Positions 11,131 through 23,400 of a stretch of 64,000 nucleotides of DNA are shown here, piece after piece (the first letter of the stretch is position 1; every line of letters begins with the position of its first letter). Source of the stretch: an uncultured bacterium (lineage in GTDB: Bacteria; Patescibacteriota; Minisyncoccia; Moranbacterales; GWC2-37-73); the NCBI GenBank assembly GCA_903851135.1, contig CAINNK010000037.1, positions 1,320-65,319 of the forward strand, in the 5' to 3' direction. Made by a program: the position numbers and the translations under genes. A model generated the notes under the pieces. That model ran no database searches. It had not been told where the DNA came from and was given only the letters and a program-made list of their open reading frames with translations.

Positions 11131-14100
11131 TTAACGCAATTTAAAGCTTCCGCGAACTTTGAATTGACCGCGCGAACGAACCAGCGGAAGCAATTCACTT
11201 GTTTTGGCTTCGGTGATGATGATTGAGACTCGACCAGTATTAGTGAGGTAGCCCGAAGCCCCAATAGCAAGATCAATATCGCCGTCCTGATTAAAATCAC
11301 CCACCGCCAAAGACCCGCCAAAACTATTGTTATCGCCAGTTATTCCAGTAATTATTTCATCTGCCGAAGCTGCTAAAGCAGGATAAGGAGTGTAGACATT
11401 ATCAAAAAAAATGTAAACCCGACCAACCCCAGAATAACCTGAAGCGCCAATCACCAAATCTGTTTTACCGTCAGCGTTGAAGTCGCCAACGGCCAAATCA
11501 GTTCCGAAACCACTTGAAGATTCACCGTTGATGATGACATCAGCCATGGCAGCGGTCGTTGGGATAGAGCCATCGTTATAGAAAATATAGACACGCCCAC
11601 CGGAACCCGCACCCGTTGCGCTAACCGCCAAATCTGTCTTACCATCAGCATTCAGGTCACCAGCAACAATAAAATATCCAAATTGACCCGTCTCACCATC
11701 GATGATAACATCGGCCGTGGCAGCGGTCGTCGGAATGGAGCCATCGTTATAGAAAATATAGACACGACCAGTACTAGAGGAGTAAAGAGGTGCCCCGACC
11801 GCCAAGTCAGTCTTACCATCGGCGTTGAAATCACCAGCAACAAGAGAGCTACCAAAGCCACTTGATGCTTCCCCATTAATGATCACATCAGCCGTGGCAG
11901 CGGTCGTCGGAATGGAGCCATCGTTATAGAAAATATAGACTCGCCCAGCTTGAGAGGAATAGTTATTAGCTGAAACCGCCAAATCGGTTTTACCATCAGC
12001 ATTAAAGTCACCAGTGGTAAGAATTTCACCAAACAAATTAGTCGTTGCTTCGCCAGAAATTATAACATCAGCCGTAGCAGCGGTTGTTGGATACGAGCCG
12101 TCGTTATAGAAAATATAAGCACGACCAGTGCTGCTTGACCACATTAAACCGCCAACAATTAGATCAGTTTTGCCGTCGCCATTCAAGTCACCCGCAGCCA
12201 GGTTAGCTCCAAATTGAGTTGCAGCTTCACCATCAATAATGACATCAGCTGCAGAAATATTAGGAGAGACTTTTCCATTAGCCGCATAAAAAATGTAAAC
12301 TCGACCAACACTAGAAGAATAGCTGAAAGCTCCGACAACTAGGTCTGTTTTGCCATCAGCATTGAAATCGCCAGCCGCCATATATGCTCCAAAATAAGTC
12401 CCAGTCCCCGGGCCTGAACCGGTACTGTCATTGAAAGTATAAAGGTAAGTCCGTCCGGCATTGGAAGAATAACCATAAGCCCCAACCACTAAATCAGTTT
12501 TGCCGTCGGCGTTAAAATCTCCAGCCATTAAAGTATAGCCAAAATAATTAGTTGTTGCTTCACCAGTGATAATCGTGTTGGCAGCCGTTGCGGCAATGGT
12601 TGCACTAAAACCACCAGCCGAATTTTGATTGAAAATATAGGCGCGGCCAGTGTAAGAAGAATAATAATAAGCCCCAACCGCCAGGTCGGTTTTGCCATCA
12701 GTATTAAAATCGCCAGCCGCAAGAGCATAGCCAAAATAATTATTTGTTGTTTCACCGGTGATGATTGTATTAGCGGCTGTCGCAGCAATGATCGCGTTGA
12801 AACCGCCCCCAGAGTTTTGATTAAAAATATAGGCGCGACCGGCATTAGATGAGTATTGATAAGCGCCAACTGCCAAATCAGTTTTGCCATCAGCGTTGAA
12901 GTCGCCGGCTGCCAAAGAAGATCCTAGAGAGCCGTACATTGCTTGAGCATCTATGATAGTATTAGCAGACGTAGCCGCAAGTGGTGTAGTGAAACCGCCC
13001 CCGGAATTTTGATTAAAGATATAAACACGGCCACCCCCAAGATAAAGCCCGCTGTAAGTACTACATCCAACCACTAAATCAGTTTTGCCATCAGTATTAA
13101 AGTCGCCGACTGTCAGAGAAGCACCAAAAGTAGTAGTCTGACCAGTAATAATGACATTGGCTGAGGCTGCAGCGATAGTTGCACCAAAACTTTGATTAAA
13201 AACGTAAACCCTTCCACCACTAGTATACATATAAGCGCTTACAACCAGATCAGTTTTACCATCAGCGTTAAGATCGCCAGCAATCATTCCATTGCCAAAT
13301 TTATCACCAGATGTTTCCCCGGTAATGATAGTATTAGCAGTGCTTGCAGCGATGGTTGGGCTGAAACCACCGCCAGAATTTTGATAAAAGATATAGGCGC
13401 GACCAGTATTGGTTGAATATCCATAAGCCCCAACCGCCAAATCAGTTTTTCCATCAGCGTTGAAATCGCCAACTGTCAGAGAATAGCCAAAATAACTCGA
13501 CGTTTCACCATCAATAATAACATCGGCTGAAATAGCAGTAAGTGGCGTAGAACCTTTGTTATAAAAAATATAAACGCGACCAGCATTACTAGCATAAGCA
13601 TAAGCCCCAACCGCCAAATCAGTTTTTCCATCAGCGTTAAAATCGCCAGCCGTCATTGCATACCCAAACTGACTTGAAGCTTGGCCGGTTGTTTTCATTT
13701 CCTGCCCAGCTCCCGCCGGACTAATGCGAAGCGACCCAGGCAGACCGACATTTTGCAATTGCCAGATGAAGTTGTCACGAGCTTCATAGAAATAGGATCT
13801 TCCTGCAGAAGAAGAATACCCATAAGCACCAACTACTAAATCAGCTTTACCATCACTATTGAAATCGCCAGCAATTAAAGCACTGCCGAAATAGTTGCCT
13901 GTTGTTTCGCCGCCGATAATCACATCAGCCGTGGCGGCAGTGGTTGGAATTGTGCCGTCGTTATAGAAAATATAGGCGCGACCGGTATTAGTCGAATATT
14001 GAGTTGCGCCAACTGCCAAATCAGTTTTACCATCAGCGTTAAAATCGCCAGCAACAAGGGAAGTGCCAAAATTATTAGTCGTCGTTTCACCAGAGATGAT

Positions 14101-17100
14101 TACATCAGCCGTGGCCGCGGTGGTAGGAATAGAACCATCGTTATAGAAAATATAGGTGCGACCTGTATTAGTAGAATAACCATAAGCACCAACCGCTAAA
14201 TCTATCTTACTATCGGCGTTAAAATCACCGGCTGCGAGAGAAAAACCAAAATAATTATTCATTGTTTCGCCAGTAATGGTGACGTCAGCAGTAAAAGCGT
14301 TAGTTGGAATGGAGCCATCATTATAGAAGATATAGGCGCGACCAGCATTAGCGTTAATACCATCCATATAGCCATAAGCACCAACCGCTAAATCTATCTT
14401 ACCATCCGCATTAAAATCACCAGCTGCGAGGGAAGAACCAAAATTACCCCCCACTATTTCACCATCAATTTTAATATCAGCTGTTGCGGCAGTGGTAGGT
14501 ATTGAACCATCGTTATAGAAAATATAAGCTCGGCCGGTATTACTTGTCCATAATAAAGCTCCGACGGCCAGATCAATCTTACCATCAGCATTGAAATCAC
14601 CGGCCGCAAGTGAAGTGCCGAATTGACTTGAGGCTTCACCAGTAATTTTCACATCAGCCGTCGCAGCAGTGGTTGGAATTGTGCCGTCGTTATAGAAAAT
14701 ATAGGCGCGACCGGTATTGGTAAAATAACCATAAGCACTAACGGCCAAATCAGTTTTCCCGTCGCCATTAAAATCGCCAGCTGCCAAAGCAGATCCGAAA
14801 TAACTTGACGCCTCTCCAGTGATGATGACATCAGCCGTGACAGCAGTCGTCGGAATAGAACCGTCATTGTAAAAGATATAAGCTCGACCGGTATTAGTCG
14901 AATAAGCATTTGCGCCAACTGCCAGATCAATTTTGCCATCAGCATTAAAATCACCCACCGCAAGTGAAGTGCCAAATTGGCTTGAGGCTTCTCCGGTCAT
15001 CATTCGATCCGTGTTTATGACTCCGTTTTGGGAATAAAAGATGTAGGCACGGCCATTGTTGGTTGAATATCTCTGAGCTCCAACCACTAAGTCAATTTTT
15101 CCATCAGCATTGAAATCACCAACAGCAAGGGAGCTACCGAAATAACTTGAGGCTTCACCGGTGATAATGACATCAGCCATAATGGAGGTGGCCGAATATG
15201 CACCATCGTTGTAAAAAATATAAGCCCGACCAGGAGAAACATATGTCCCTACCGTCAAATCAGTTTTGCCGTCGGCATTGAAATCACCGGCCGCAAGTGA
15301 AGTGCCGAATTGGCTTGAAGCTTCTCCATCAATGATGGTGCTTGCCGCGCTTGCAGCAATAGTCGCATTAAAACCGCCGCCGGAATTTTGGTTGAAGATA
15401 TAAGCACGACCAGCCTGAGTAGAATAACCAGAAGCTCCAACCGCCAAATCAGTTTTGCCATCGGCGTTGAAATCACCAGTCGCCAGAGAGCGGCCAAAAA
15501 TATTGCTTGACGCCTCTCCACTGATAATGACGTTGGCGGCCGTAGCAGCAATAGTTGCATTGAAACCGCCGCCGGAATTTTGATAGAAAATATAAACCCT
15601 ACCAGTAGAAGTCCCCAACCCAACCGCCAAGTCAGTCTTACCGTCAGTGTTAAAATCACCAACAGCCAAAGAAGAGCCGAAACTGCTAAACCCAATAGTG
15701 CCTGATATTTTTACATTGGCACCGGTCGAGGTAGCTGGATATGAACCACTGTTATAAAAAATATAAACATTACCATAGGCTACATCATTAGAATCTCCGA
15801 CGGCCAAATCTGTTTTACCGTCGGCGTTAAAGTCTCCAGCCGCCAAAGTATTGCCAAATTGAACTGTCGGGCTATTCCCATCAATGATTGCATTAGCAGT
15901 TGTAACAGCCACAATTGCATTAAAACCGCCAGCAGCATTTTGATTGAAAATATAAACCCGACCCTTTTGGCTAGTTGTAGCAGAATACCAATTTGCACCA
16001 ACTGCCAAATCAATTTTGCCATCAGCATTGAAATCACCAGCTGCCAATGCATAACCAAATTGACTTGCTGCTGAAGTTTCACTATTAATAATGACGTCAG
16101 CATTGGCAGCAGCTGCTGAATAAGAACCTTTGTTGTAGAAAATATAGACGCGACCATCGCCAGAATTCCAGTCATAAGCTCCAACCGCCAAATCAGTCTT
16201 ACCATCAAAATTAAAATCCCCAGCCACCAATGAATTAGCAAAATAGTCACCCGTATTCTCTCCTGTTATCACACTTCCCCCACTGCTAATCCCCGGCGCA
16301 GTGAAAGCCAGAGTCGGATCCAAAGTCAGCGGATATTTATCCGGCGTAGTTTTGATTTCCAAGGTTAAAGTTTTATCACTGATTTTCCAATCAAGGTCAA
16401 CTCTTTTGCCGTCTTTGTCTAGGTAGTAAGGTTTGGGGATGATGAAGTCCGGAGTCTTGTTGGGATTTAAAATATCCTTGCCTGCATCAGCTTGAATAGC
16501 TTTTTGCGCCCTTTCGATTAAGCTTTGGTCAACATTAGCCAGAGCTTGTTGGTTTTTCGCCTCGCTGCCATCGTCAAAAAAAACTTGGACGTCACCATCA
16601 CTGTTGAAACTGAGTTTAGCGTTGCTAAAATCATAGCTTTCGCTTTCGCTTCCATTGCCAAGAGCATAGACAACCCAGTTTTTAAGTTTTTTTTCACCAC
16701 TAGCTTGGTCTTTTTGATAACCATAATAAATGGTTTTGCGAGTGTCTGGAGTTTGATATTTAATAACATCGGCAGCGAATTTAAGTTGCGGTTGTTTTTC
16801 ATTGTTAGCTTGCTTGGCTTGAACTGGATTTTGATTAACAATCAATTCTCCCTTAGTATTGGAGGCATTTTTTTCAGTAATAGTGATGACTTTGTTATTA
16901 GGAAGATTGACTGAAATTGGTTGGTCAATAGTCTTGGGAAAATTTATTTTAGTTTGGGTTTTAGGGTTTGGAATTTGGGATTGTTGATTGGCAAATTGGA
17001 TTTTGATTCCATCTTGATTGTCATCGGTTATTTCAAACCCGTCATTAGTTTTGGCGGGGTTAAGTAATGAGATAGAGTTGAAACTTTTGACGATTTCATT

Positions 17101-17286
17101 TTTGGCGGCGGGATATTGATTCAATTCTCTTTCAATGGAATTAGTAGGAAGATTTTTAATTATGAATATGACAAGTAAGACTAAAAAGGCCAATGCTAAA
17201 AGTGAGGCTAAAAGGGTTAGCAAAAACTTTTTTGAAAAGTTCGGCCAAGAAATTTTTGAGAGAAGTTTTTGAATTTTTGCTTTCAT
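11131..17286 (-). CDS. giant (2051 aa) membrane-anchored protein with about 36 tandem FG-GAP/VCBS-type (integrin-alpha-like) repeats
   Basis: ORF track. The N-terminal TM anchor is LLTLLASLLALAFLVLLVIFII. The motif FGxSLAxGDFNADGKxDLAVGA recurs every 56-60 aa across nt roughly 11200-16300. Many repeat units are near-identical at the DNA level. Confidence 0.8.
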   Translation of the reverse strand: MKAKIQKLLSKISWPNFSKKFLLTLLASLLALAFLVLLVIFIIKNLPTNSIERELNQYPAAKNEIVKSFNSISLLNPAKTNDGFEITDDNQDGIKIQFANQQSQIPNPKTQTKINFPKTIDQPISVNLPNNKVITITEKNASNTKGELIVNQNPVQAKQANNEKQPQLKFAADVIKYQTPDTRKTIYYGYQKDQASGEKKLKNWVVYALGNGSESESYDFSNAKLSFNSDGDVQVFFDDGSEAKNQQALANVDQSLIERAQKAIQADAGKDILNPNKTPDFIIPKPYYLDKDGKRVDLDWKISDKTLTLEIKTTPDKYPLTLDPTLAFTAPGISSGGSVITGENTGDYFANSLVAGDFNFDGKTDLAVGAYDWNSGDGRVYIFYNKGSYSAAAANADVIINSETSAASQFGYALAAGDFNADGKIDLAVGANWYSATTSQKGRVYIFNQNAAGGFNAIVAVTTANAIIDGNSPTVQFGNTLAAGDFNADGKTDLAVGDSNDVAYGNVYIFYNSGSYPATSTGANVKISGTIGFSSFGSSLAVGDFNTDGKTDLAVGLGTSTGRVYIFYQNSGGGFNATIAATAANVIISGEASSNIFGRSLATGDFNADGKTDLAVGASGYSTQAGRAYIFNQNSGGGFNATIAASAASTIIDGEASSQFGTSLAAGDFNADGKTDLTVGTYVSPGRAYIFYNDGAYSATSIMADVIITGEASSYFGSSLAVGDFNADGKIDLVVGAQRYSTNNGRAYIFYSQNGVINTDRMMTGEASSQFGTSLAVGDFNADGKIDLAVGANAYSTNTGRAYIFYNDGSIPTTAVTADVIITGEASSYFGSALAAGDFNGDGKTDLAVSAYGYFTNTGRAYIFYNDGTIPTTAATADVKITGEASSQFGTSLAAGDFNADGKIDLAVGALLWTSNTGRAYIFYNDGSIPTTAATADIKIDGEIVGGNFGSSLAAGDFNADGKIDLAVGAYGYMDGINANAGRAYIFYNDGSIPTNAFTADVTITGETMNNYFGFSLAAGDFNADSKIDLAVGAYGYSTNTGRTYIFYNDGSIPTTAATADVIISGETTTNNFGTSLVAGDFNADGKTDLAVGATQYSTNTGRAYIFYNDGTIPTTAATADVIIGGETTGNYFGSALIAGDFNSDGKADLVVGAYGYSSSAGRSYFYEARDNFIWQLQNVGLPGSLRISPAGAGQEMKTTGQASSQFGYAMTAGDFNADGKTDLAVGAYAYASNAGRVYIFYNKGSTPLTAISADVIIDGETSSYFGYSLTVGDFNADGKTDLAVGAYGYSTNTGRAYIFYQNSGGGFSPTIAASTANTIITGETSGDKFGNGMIAGDLNADGKTDLVVSAYMYTSGGRVYVFNQSFGATIAAASANVIITGQTTTFGASLTVGDFNTDGKTDLVVGCSTYSGLYLGGGRVYIFNQNSGGGFTTPLAATSANTIIDAQAMYGSLGSSLAAGDFNADGKTDLAVGAYQYSSNAGRAYIFNQNSGGGFNAIIAATAANTIITGETTNNYFGYALAAGDFNTDGKTDLAVGAYYYSSYTGRAYIFNQNSAGGFSATIAATAANTIITGEATTNYFGYTLMAGDFNADGKTDLVVGAYGYSSNAGRTYLYTFNDSTGSGPGTGTYFGAYMAAGDFNADGKTDLVVGAFSYSSSVGRVYIFYAANGKVSPNISAADVIIDGEAATQFGANLAAGDLNGDGKTDLIVGGLMWSSSTGRAYIFYNDGSYPTTAATADVIISGEATTNLFGEILTTGDFNADGKTDLAVSANNYSSQAGRVYIFYNDGSIPTTAATADVIINGEASSGFGSSLVAGDFNADGKTDLAVGAPLYSSSTGRVYIFYNDGSIPTTAATADVIIDGETGQFGYFIVAGDLNADGKTDLAVSATGAGSGGRVYIFYNDGSIPTTAAMADVIINGESSSGFGTDLAVGDFNADGKTDLVIGASGYSGVGRVYIFFDNVYTPYPALAASADEIITGITGDNNSFGGSLAVGDFNQDGDIDLAIGASGYLTNTGRVSIIITEAKTSELLPLVRSRGQFKVRGSFKLR

Positions 17287-17404
17287 TTACTTTTGCGTTT
17301 TTCTAAAAACTTTAAAATTGATTAACACTCTATTTTTAAGCTATTTTTGCTAAACGTATTGGATTTGGATGACGGACTGTTTTGATTTTTTCTTTCATGC
17401 AAGC

Positions 17405-20400
17405 TTACGGACTCGGAACAGTTGTAACAACTGGGAAAGTCAATGATGCCGAGGTGGTAGCTTGCACAATCCACCAATCCACATTGACACCTTCATTTAC
17501 TGATTGATCCACTATAATTTTAAACCCGGTGTAATCGTCTAGGCCACTTTCCATTGTCTTTTCGACCCAACTTGAAGATCCTGGATTTTTCACGAAACTG
17601 GTGAAAATTTTCGAATCCCCACTAACTGCCCTGGTCTTAATTTCCACGCTCTTGCCATCACTGATTGGATTTTTCGTGTTGTCATCAAAACCATCATTGT
17701 TCTCATCAGTTTGAGCTACTGTACATTTATTATTTTTATCAACTTCCAGCAACTTCGGACAAATAATCGCCTGTCCAATCGAAGGCTTGTTAACATCTAC
17801 AATTTTGATAGTCAAGATTCCAGTTTCAACTTCAGCAGCTTCTAATTTTCCGTCAAGCAAATCAAGATTGCCAAGTGAATCTTTGTAAATTATTTTTGTC
17901 GGATCAAGAATTGCAATAAAATCACCAATGGTCTTGTTTTGTTCTTTGATTAAATTGATTTGCGTTTGCAATTGATCAGTAATATTTTTTTCATCAGCAA
18001 TTTGAGCTTGCATGCCAAACATAGTAGTTGCTTGCGCAGTAATTTGGGCATCAAGCGTTGTAAATTTGCCATTAATAATCAACAGATTTGAATCAACTGA
18101 AGTTTGAAGTCCGGAAAGACTTGAAATATCGGTATCAGTTTTAAGGTTAAGTGCCGAAATTTGATTTGAAATAGTATTAATTTGCTGGATATTCTTTTGG
18201 ATTCCAGCTGTAAGCAGCGGTGTAATTGCACCATAGTTGACTACGAAGCGAGCACCAGCTGGACTAATGAAGCCGTCAGCACTTATCTGTTCAGGCATGT
18301 TCGAATCAGGAGCAACAGAAACGAGATAACCGAATCCCTCCTTGATGAGGTCCTGGGCAATAAAACCGGTGTCTAAATTTTGATCAGCAATCCAACGGAA
18401 ATCAACTGGATTAACAGTGTTGAAAAAACTGTCAACTTTGTTGGCATCAATCGGAGTAACATTTTCCTTAAGTCGCTGATCAGAAGTTGCAAGAATGGTA
18501 CTTCCAACAACGGCACCATTCGGAGCATAAACACTGACTGCACGACTAGCTGAAGTAATTATTCCCCAAGTTGTTCCAGTCGAACCATAACCACCGATTG
18601 TAAGGTTGGCACTTGAGGTCACATGTACAGGGACTGTTGGAGCTGTTGTTCCAACGCCAACAAATCCGGAATTAATAATCAAGCCATAATTATTTGTCGC
18701 GCCAGATGCGTTCAAATAAAGACCGACATTGGTCGAAGTGCCCCCGGAATGAGTATTGGAAATTTGAGATCCATATGTGGTAACAGTTCCAGTAATAGTT
18801 CCAGTAGTGAGAATATTTAAAGCGGTTTGTGTCGTTGATGAAGCGACATTTCCCGATACTTGCAAATCAACGAGTTTTCCGGAAGTGAGCGTTGAAGATG
18901 CCGCATAAAGACCTGTTCCTGTGGTAAGTGAATTTGCTGAAAGATTGAGTGCACTCGAAGTGGTCAAACCAGTAGTGTTGCCAGAAACAACCGATAATGT
19001 TCCGCCCGGAGTCACTGTGCCAATACCAATGTTACCTGTGGAATTTATTGAAAGATATGGAGTTGTGCCAACAGTCAAACCAAGACCGATTTTGAAAACT
19101 GAGTCACTTTGGTCAATCCCAGTATAATAATCCTGACTATTGCCATCAAATTGAACAGAAACACTTTGACCAGCTGTTCCACTGCCAACAACAAGGGCCG
19201 ACTCAGCAGTGTTTGAACTCGAAAAAGCAAGATCGCCATTGCTCGCAGAAGCAAGATTGGCATAATGAGAAGCATCATATGACAAACGCAGCGCGTTGCT
19301 TGTGCCAAAAAGAGAAAGCATGGCTGCTGGCGCGGTGGTGCCAAGACCAAGCCGATGATTGGTCGCGTCATAGAAAAAGCCGGAATTGTCTTGAGCCAGT
19401 GCCCCAGCAGTGCCACCAAAATAAACTGAGCCGAGCGTGCCAGAAGTCACCGCGCCGCCAATCGCCATGCCACCGCTGCCACCAAGATTGGCCCATGAGC
19501 CGCCACTGTTTTTATATTGCAGCGTGCCAGCATTGTCATAAATTCCATAACCGCTTGCTCCATTAGTAGAACCAAAATTCAAATAGGAAGAACCAGCCAA
19601 ACTGGCATTTCCCGCATTTATAACTAATCCATAATTCGCAGTAGTTGCACCGGAAGCATTCAAATAAAGTGCCACATTAGTGCCGGAAGTCGCATTGGTG
19701 TGCGTGTTAGAAATCTTAGCGCCATAAGTCGTGATAGCATTGGTTGCATTAGCACCGGTTGTCAAAATGTTAAGAGCAGTCTGGGATGCTGCCGCTGCTG
19801 TGCCAGAAACTTCCAAGTCAGCCAGATAACCACTAGTTAGTGAGGATGAGGCGGCATATAAAGCAGTTCCCGTAGTCAAAGCATTTGCAGTTATATTGGC
19901 CGAAGTCGTTGAAATTTGTTGCGAACCAATGTTATTTGCAAACAAATTACTAAAAGCCAACATACTTGAACCGATTGAACCCCCTGGTGTAAATGAAGGA
20001 CTGATTGTTTTCAGATCTCCATTTGTAACGTCATAATAACTAATTTTGGAATTTCCACTCGAATCAACAGCAATGGACGTGTACTGTCCGGTGTCTCCCG
20101 TTGAATCAATGGTGGCAGTCGAGCTGGAAGAGCAAGCTACGTCACTACACTGAGCAAATTTCAAATCGCCATTAGTAACGTCATAATAACTCATGCGGGC
20201 AATTCCGTCGCTGCCCAAAGCGGCAGCTTGATATTGACCAACATTGCCTGCGGAATCAATCACGTTACCAGTACCAGCACTGGTTGTGTTGCCATGGCTA
20301 TAATTCAAAGTGCCATCAGTAGAATTATAATAAGCAACGTTAAAATTATTACTTGAATCCAAATCAAGAGAAAGATTTTGAAAAATCTCAGCACCGCTAG

Positions 20401-23400
20401 TGTTAATACTACCAGCACTTGATAGCGAAGAACAACTAGCGTTACTGCAAACAAGATACGACATACCGGAATCAGAATAGCTAGCATAAGCAATACGAGC
20501 AAAACCATCAGTGCCTATAGCAACAGCTGTATATTTTCCAGTACCAGCATTTGAATCAACAACAGTGGTGTTCTTGGTTGAACAAGCGGAATTGGTACAT
20601 TGAATGAATTTAGCATTCGTATTAGTCAAATCATAATAGGCAATCCGAGCAAAAGTGTCCGCGGAACTGATAGCAATGGAACTATACTGACCAACATCTC
20701 CAGTTGAATCAAGGGTGGCGATATTCTTGGTTGAACAAGCTGCATTGGTACACTGAACAAATTTGAGATCATGATTAGTAACATCATAATAACTGATGCG
20801 AGCAAAACCATCAGCGCCCATTGCCATGGCCGTGTATTGACCAACATCTCCAGTTGAATCAAGGGTGGCGATATTCTTGGTTGAACAAGCTGCATTGGTA
20901 CACTGAACAAATTTGAGATCATGATTAGTAACATCATAATAACTGATGCGCGAAAAGCCATCACTGCCAATAGCAGTTGAAGTATATTGTCCCACATTGC
21001 CACCAGAATCAACAACAGTACTACTAATAGTGGGAACTGTTGGCATAATGTCTCCACTTACTGAAACCGAACCGGCAACTTGCAATGCTGTCATTGGACT
21101 TGTTGTCCCGATGCCAACATGACCATCATTGCGTACAAACAGACCTGAAGTTCCGGAAGCATTTTTAACATTCAAAGCTGACGCAGAACTGTCTGACGTA
21201 GCGCCCATAATTTCAAGATTTGATCCGGGTGAAGCAGTGCCAATACCAACATTGCCAGCGCTAGTAATGCGTAACCTTTCAGTAAGGGTGTCTGCGGTCG
21301 TATTAGGTGGAATTGCTGAATGATTAATTGAAACCGCCACCGCAGATGCACCTATCGATGCACCGGAATTCCACAAAGTCCAAGATATCGTAGTTGAAGC
21401 TGCGCCATCCTTAACACTACCCGCTCCGCCAAATGTGGAAGTGGGATTCTGAAACCATAAAGCTGTTTGACCAAGACCCCCGGTAAGCGACATGGAAGCT
21501 GAAGACGTCGCTTGGATTACACCAAAAACTTTATTACCTACAGCACTTGAAAGCGTGACAGCATCAATTGAGCCATTGCCACTACCGCTAGCGCTTCCAG
21601 ATGTAGATACCGGGGTTGATTGATCAACATTGTACCAAGATGCCGCCCCACCAACCTTCGCACATGAACTTGCCATCGTAATCGTAATTGTGTCTGTTCC
21701 TGAAGTTGGATTTACCAAATACCAAATTTCAACAACCCCGTTATATCCTCCAGAAGTTCCAAGCTTTGTCAGACTTGCCGCTCCATACGTAACCGACGAA
21801 GCTCCAACCCCACTAGTGCCACCCATAACACCAACAAGCAAAAACCGATTACTATTCGAACCGACGGTATGTGACCATGCTAAAGTTGTGCCAGTGGTGT
21901 TTGAATTGTGACTACTTGCATCAAGAGTAACGACTGGAGTTGTCAAGGGACCAGCCGTTCGAAAAATGAAATCACCGGAACCTGAACTGCCGGTTCCATT
22001 TGAAGCATCAAAAATAAAGTTGCCACCAATAATGTTGCTGCCAGTTGCAGCCGCTCCTCGCAAAGTGAAAGCAGAGGGTGTGGCTCCTTCACCTGTTCCA
22101 AAAATCGTAGAAGTTCCCGCCACATGCAGCGCCGCGGCCGGCGTTGCCGTACCGATTCCAAGACGATTGGTTGAATTATCCCAAAAGAAATTTGCGTTGT
22201 TTTGAGCAAGAACGCCAGAAGTGCCGGCAAAAAGAATGGAACCTTGCGTTGCCGAAGTGATTGCGCCGCCAATTGCCATAGCCCCACCCCCGCCAAGATT
22301 AGCCCAACTGCCACCACTGTTTTTGTATTGCAGCGTGCCGGCATTATCATAGAGTCCATAACCGCCAGTTCCATCAGTGGCTCCGAAATTGATATACGAG
22401 GAAGCTGAAAGGCCGATGTTTCCTGCTACGTCTAATTTATGATTTGGACCAGTAGTCCCGATGCCGACGTAACCATCACGCTCGACCGCCATCGCATAAT
22501 AAGTCGTGTCGGTCAAGCCAACGGGTAAACTTCCAATGCCGACATTCCCAGCATCCGCACCAATATTTGTCACGGTCAATACTCCACCAGACGTGGTTCT
22601 ATTTGCTATATCAACCGCTAAATATATTGTCGAACCATCAGAGGAAATGAACGTTCGAATATTATCCATCGAAGCGTTACTGCTGTAGTGATTTTCATTC
22701 AGGATATTCAGCGACATATTTTCGTCAAATTGAGATCCGTTCACAGCCACTGTGTAGCGGTCGACTCTATTGGAGTCATCAAACGTGATAGTATAAATTC
22801 CACCCAGTCGCGATCCGACGGCAACATAGTATGTACCATCTGCCGAAATAGTGGACTGAACGGAATTTGCCGTCCCAACTCCAGAACTCGAGATAAGCCC
22901 GGCGACGTCCAATAACGATTGTGGGGAACTTGTCCCGATGCCGACATACCCGGTATCCCTGGCGAACGCGAGCATATTCGAGACGGACAAGGAAGAAAAT
23001 CCCAGTGTATTCGCGTTCTCGTCAAATGTAAGGTTGAAATTCTCAACTCCGGAACTATCGGCAAATGAGATAACGTCGGCCGTGCTCCCGTAACCAGCCA
23101 TCACCAAGGATACTGGGGCCGCGCCAGAACCGAGCTGGAGCGTCCCAGTCGGGCTCGTCGTCCCGATGCCGACGCTGCCACCGGCAGCATTAAGCACGAT
23201 ATCTCCATAGGAAGTTCCCTCCGCTTTAATGGATTGAATACCGAGATACCCATTCGTATCAGCACTCGTATAAAAATATCCAGAGGTATGCCCGGTAGCG
23301 TCACTCCCAATTGTAAAATCCGTTGTGCTCCCAGAACTATAAATGCTCAAAGTGCTGCTAGGGCTCGTCGTGCCGATGCCGACATTGCCATTATTCAAAA

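Noticed and set aside
11200-21010. Highly regular tandem repeats that could be mistaken for CRISPR-like arrays.
   Set aside because: The repeats are in-frame protein repeats (FG-GAP and blade units of 150-175 bp) within long ORFs. They are not 25-40 bp direct repeats with unique spacers, and no cas genes are present.
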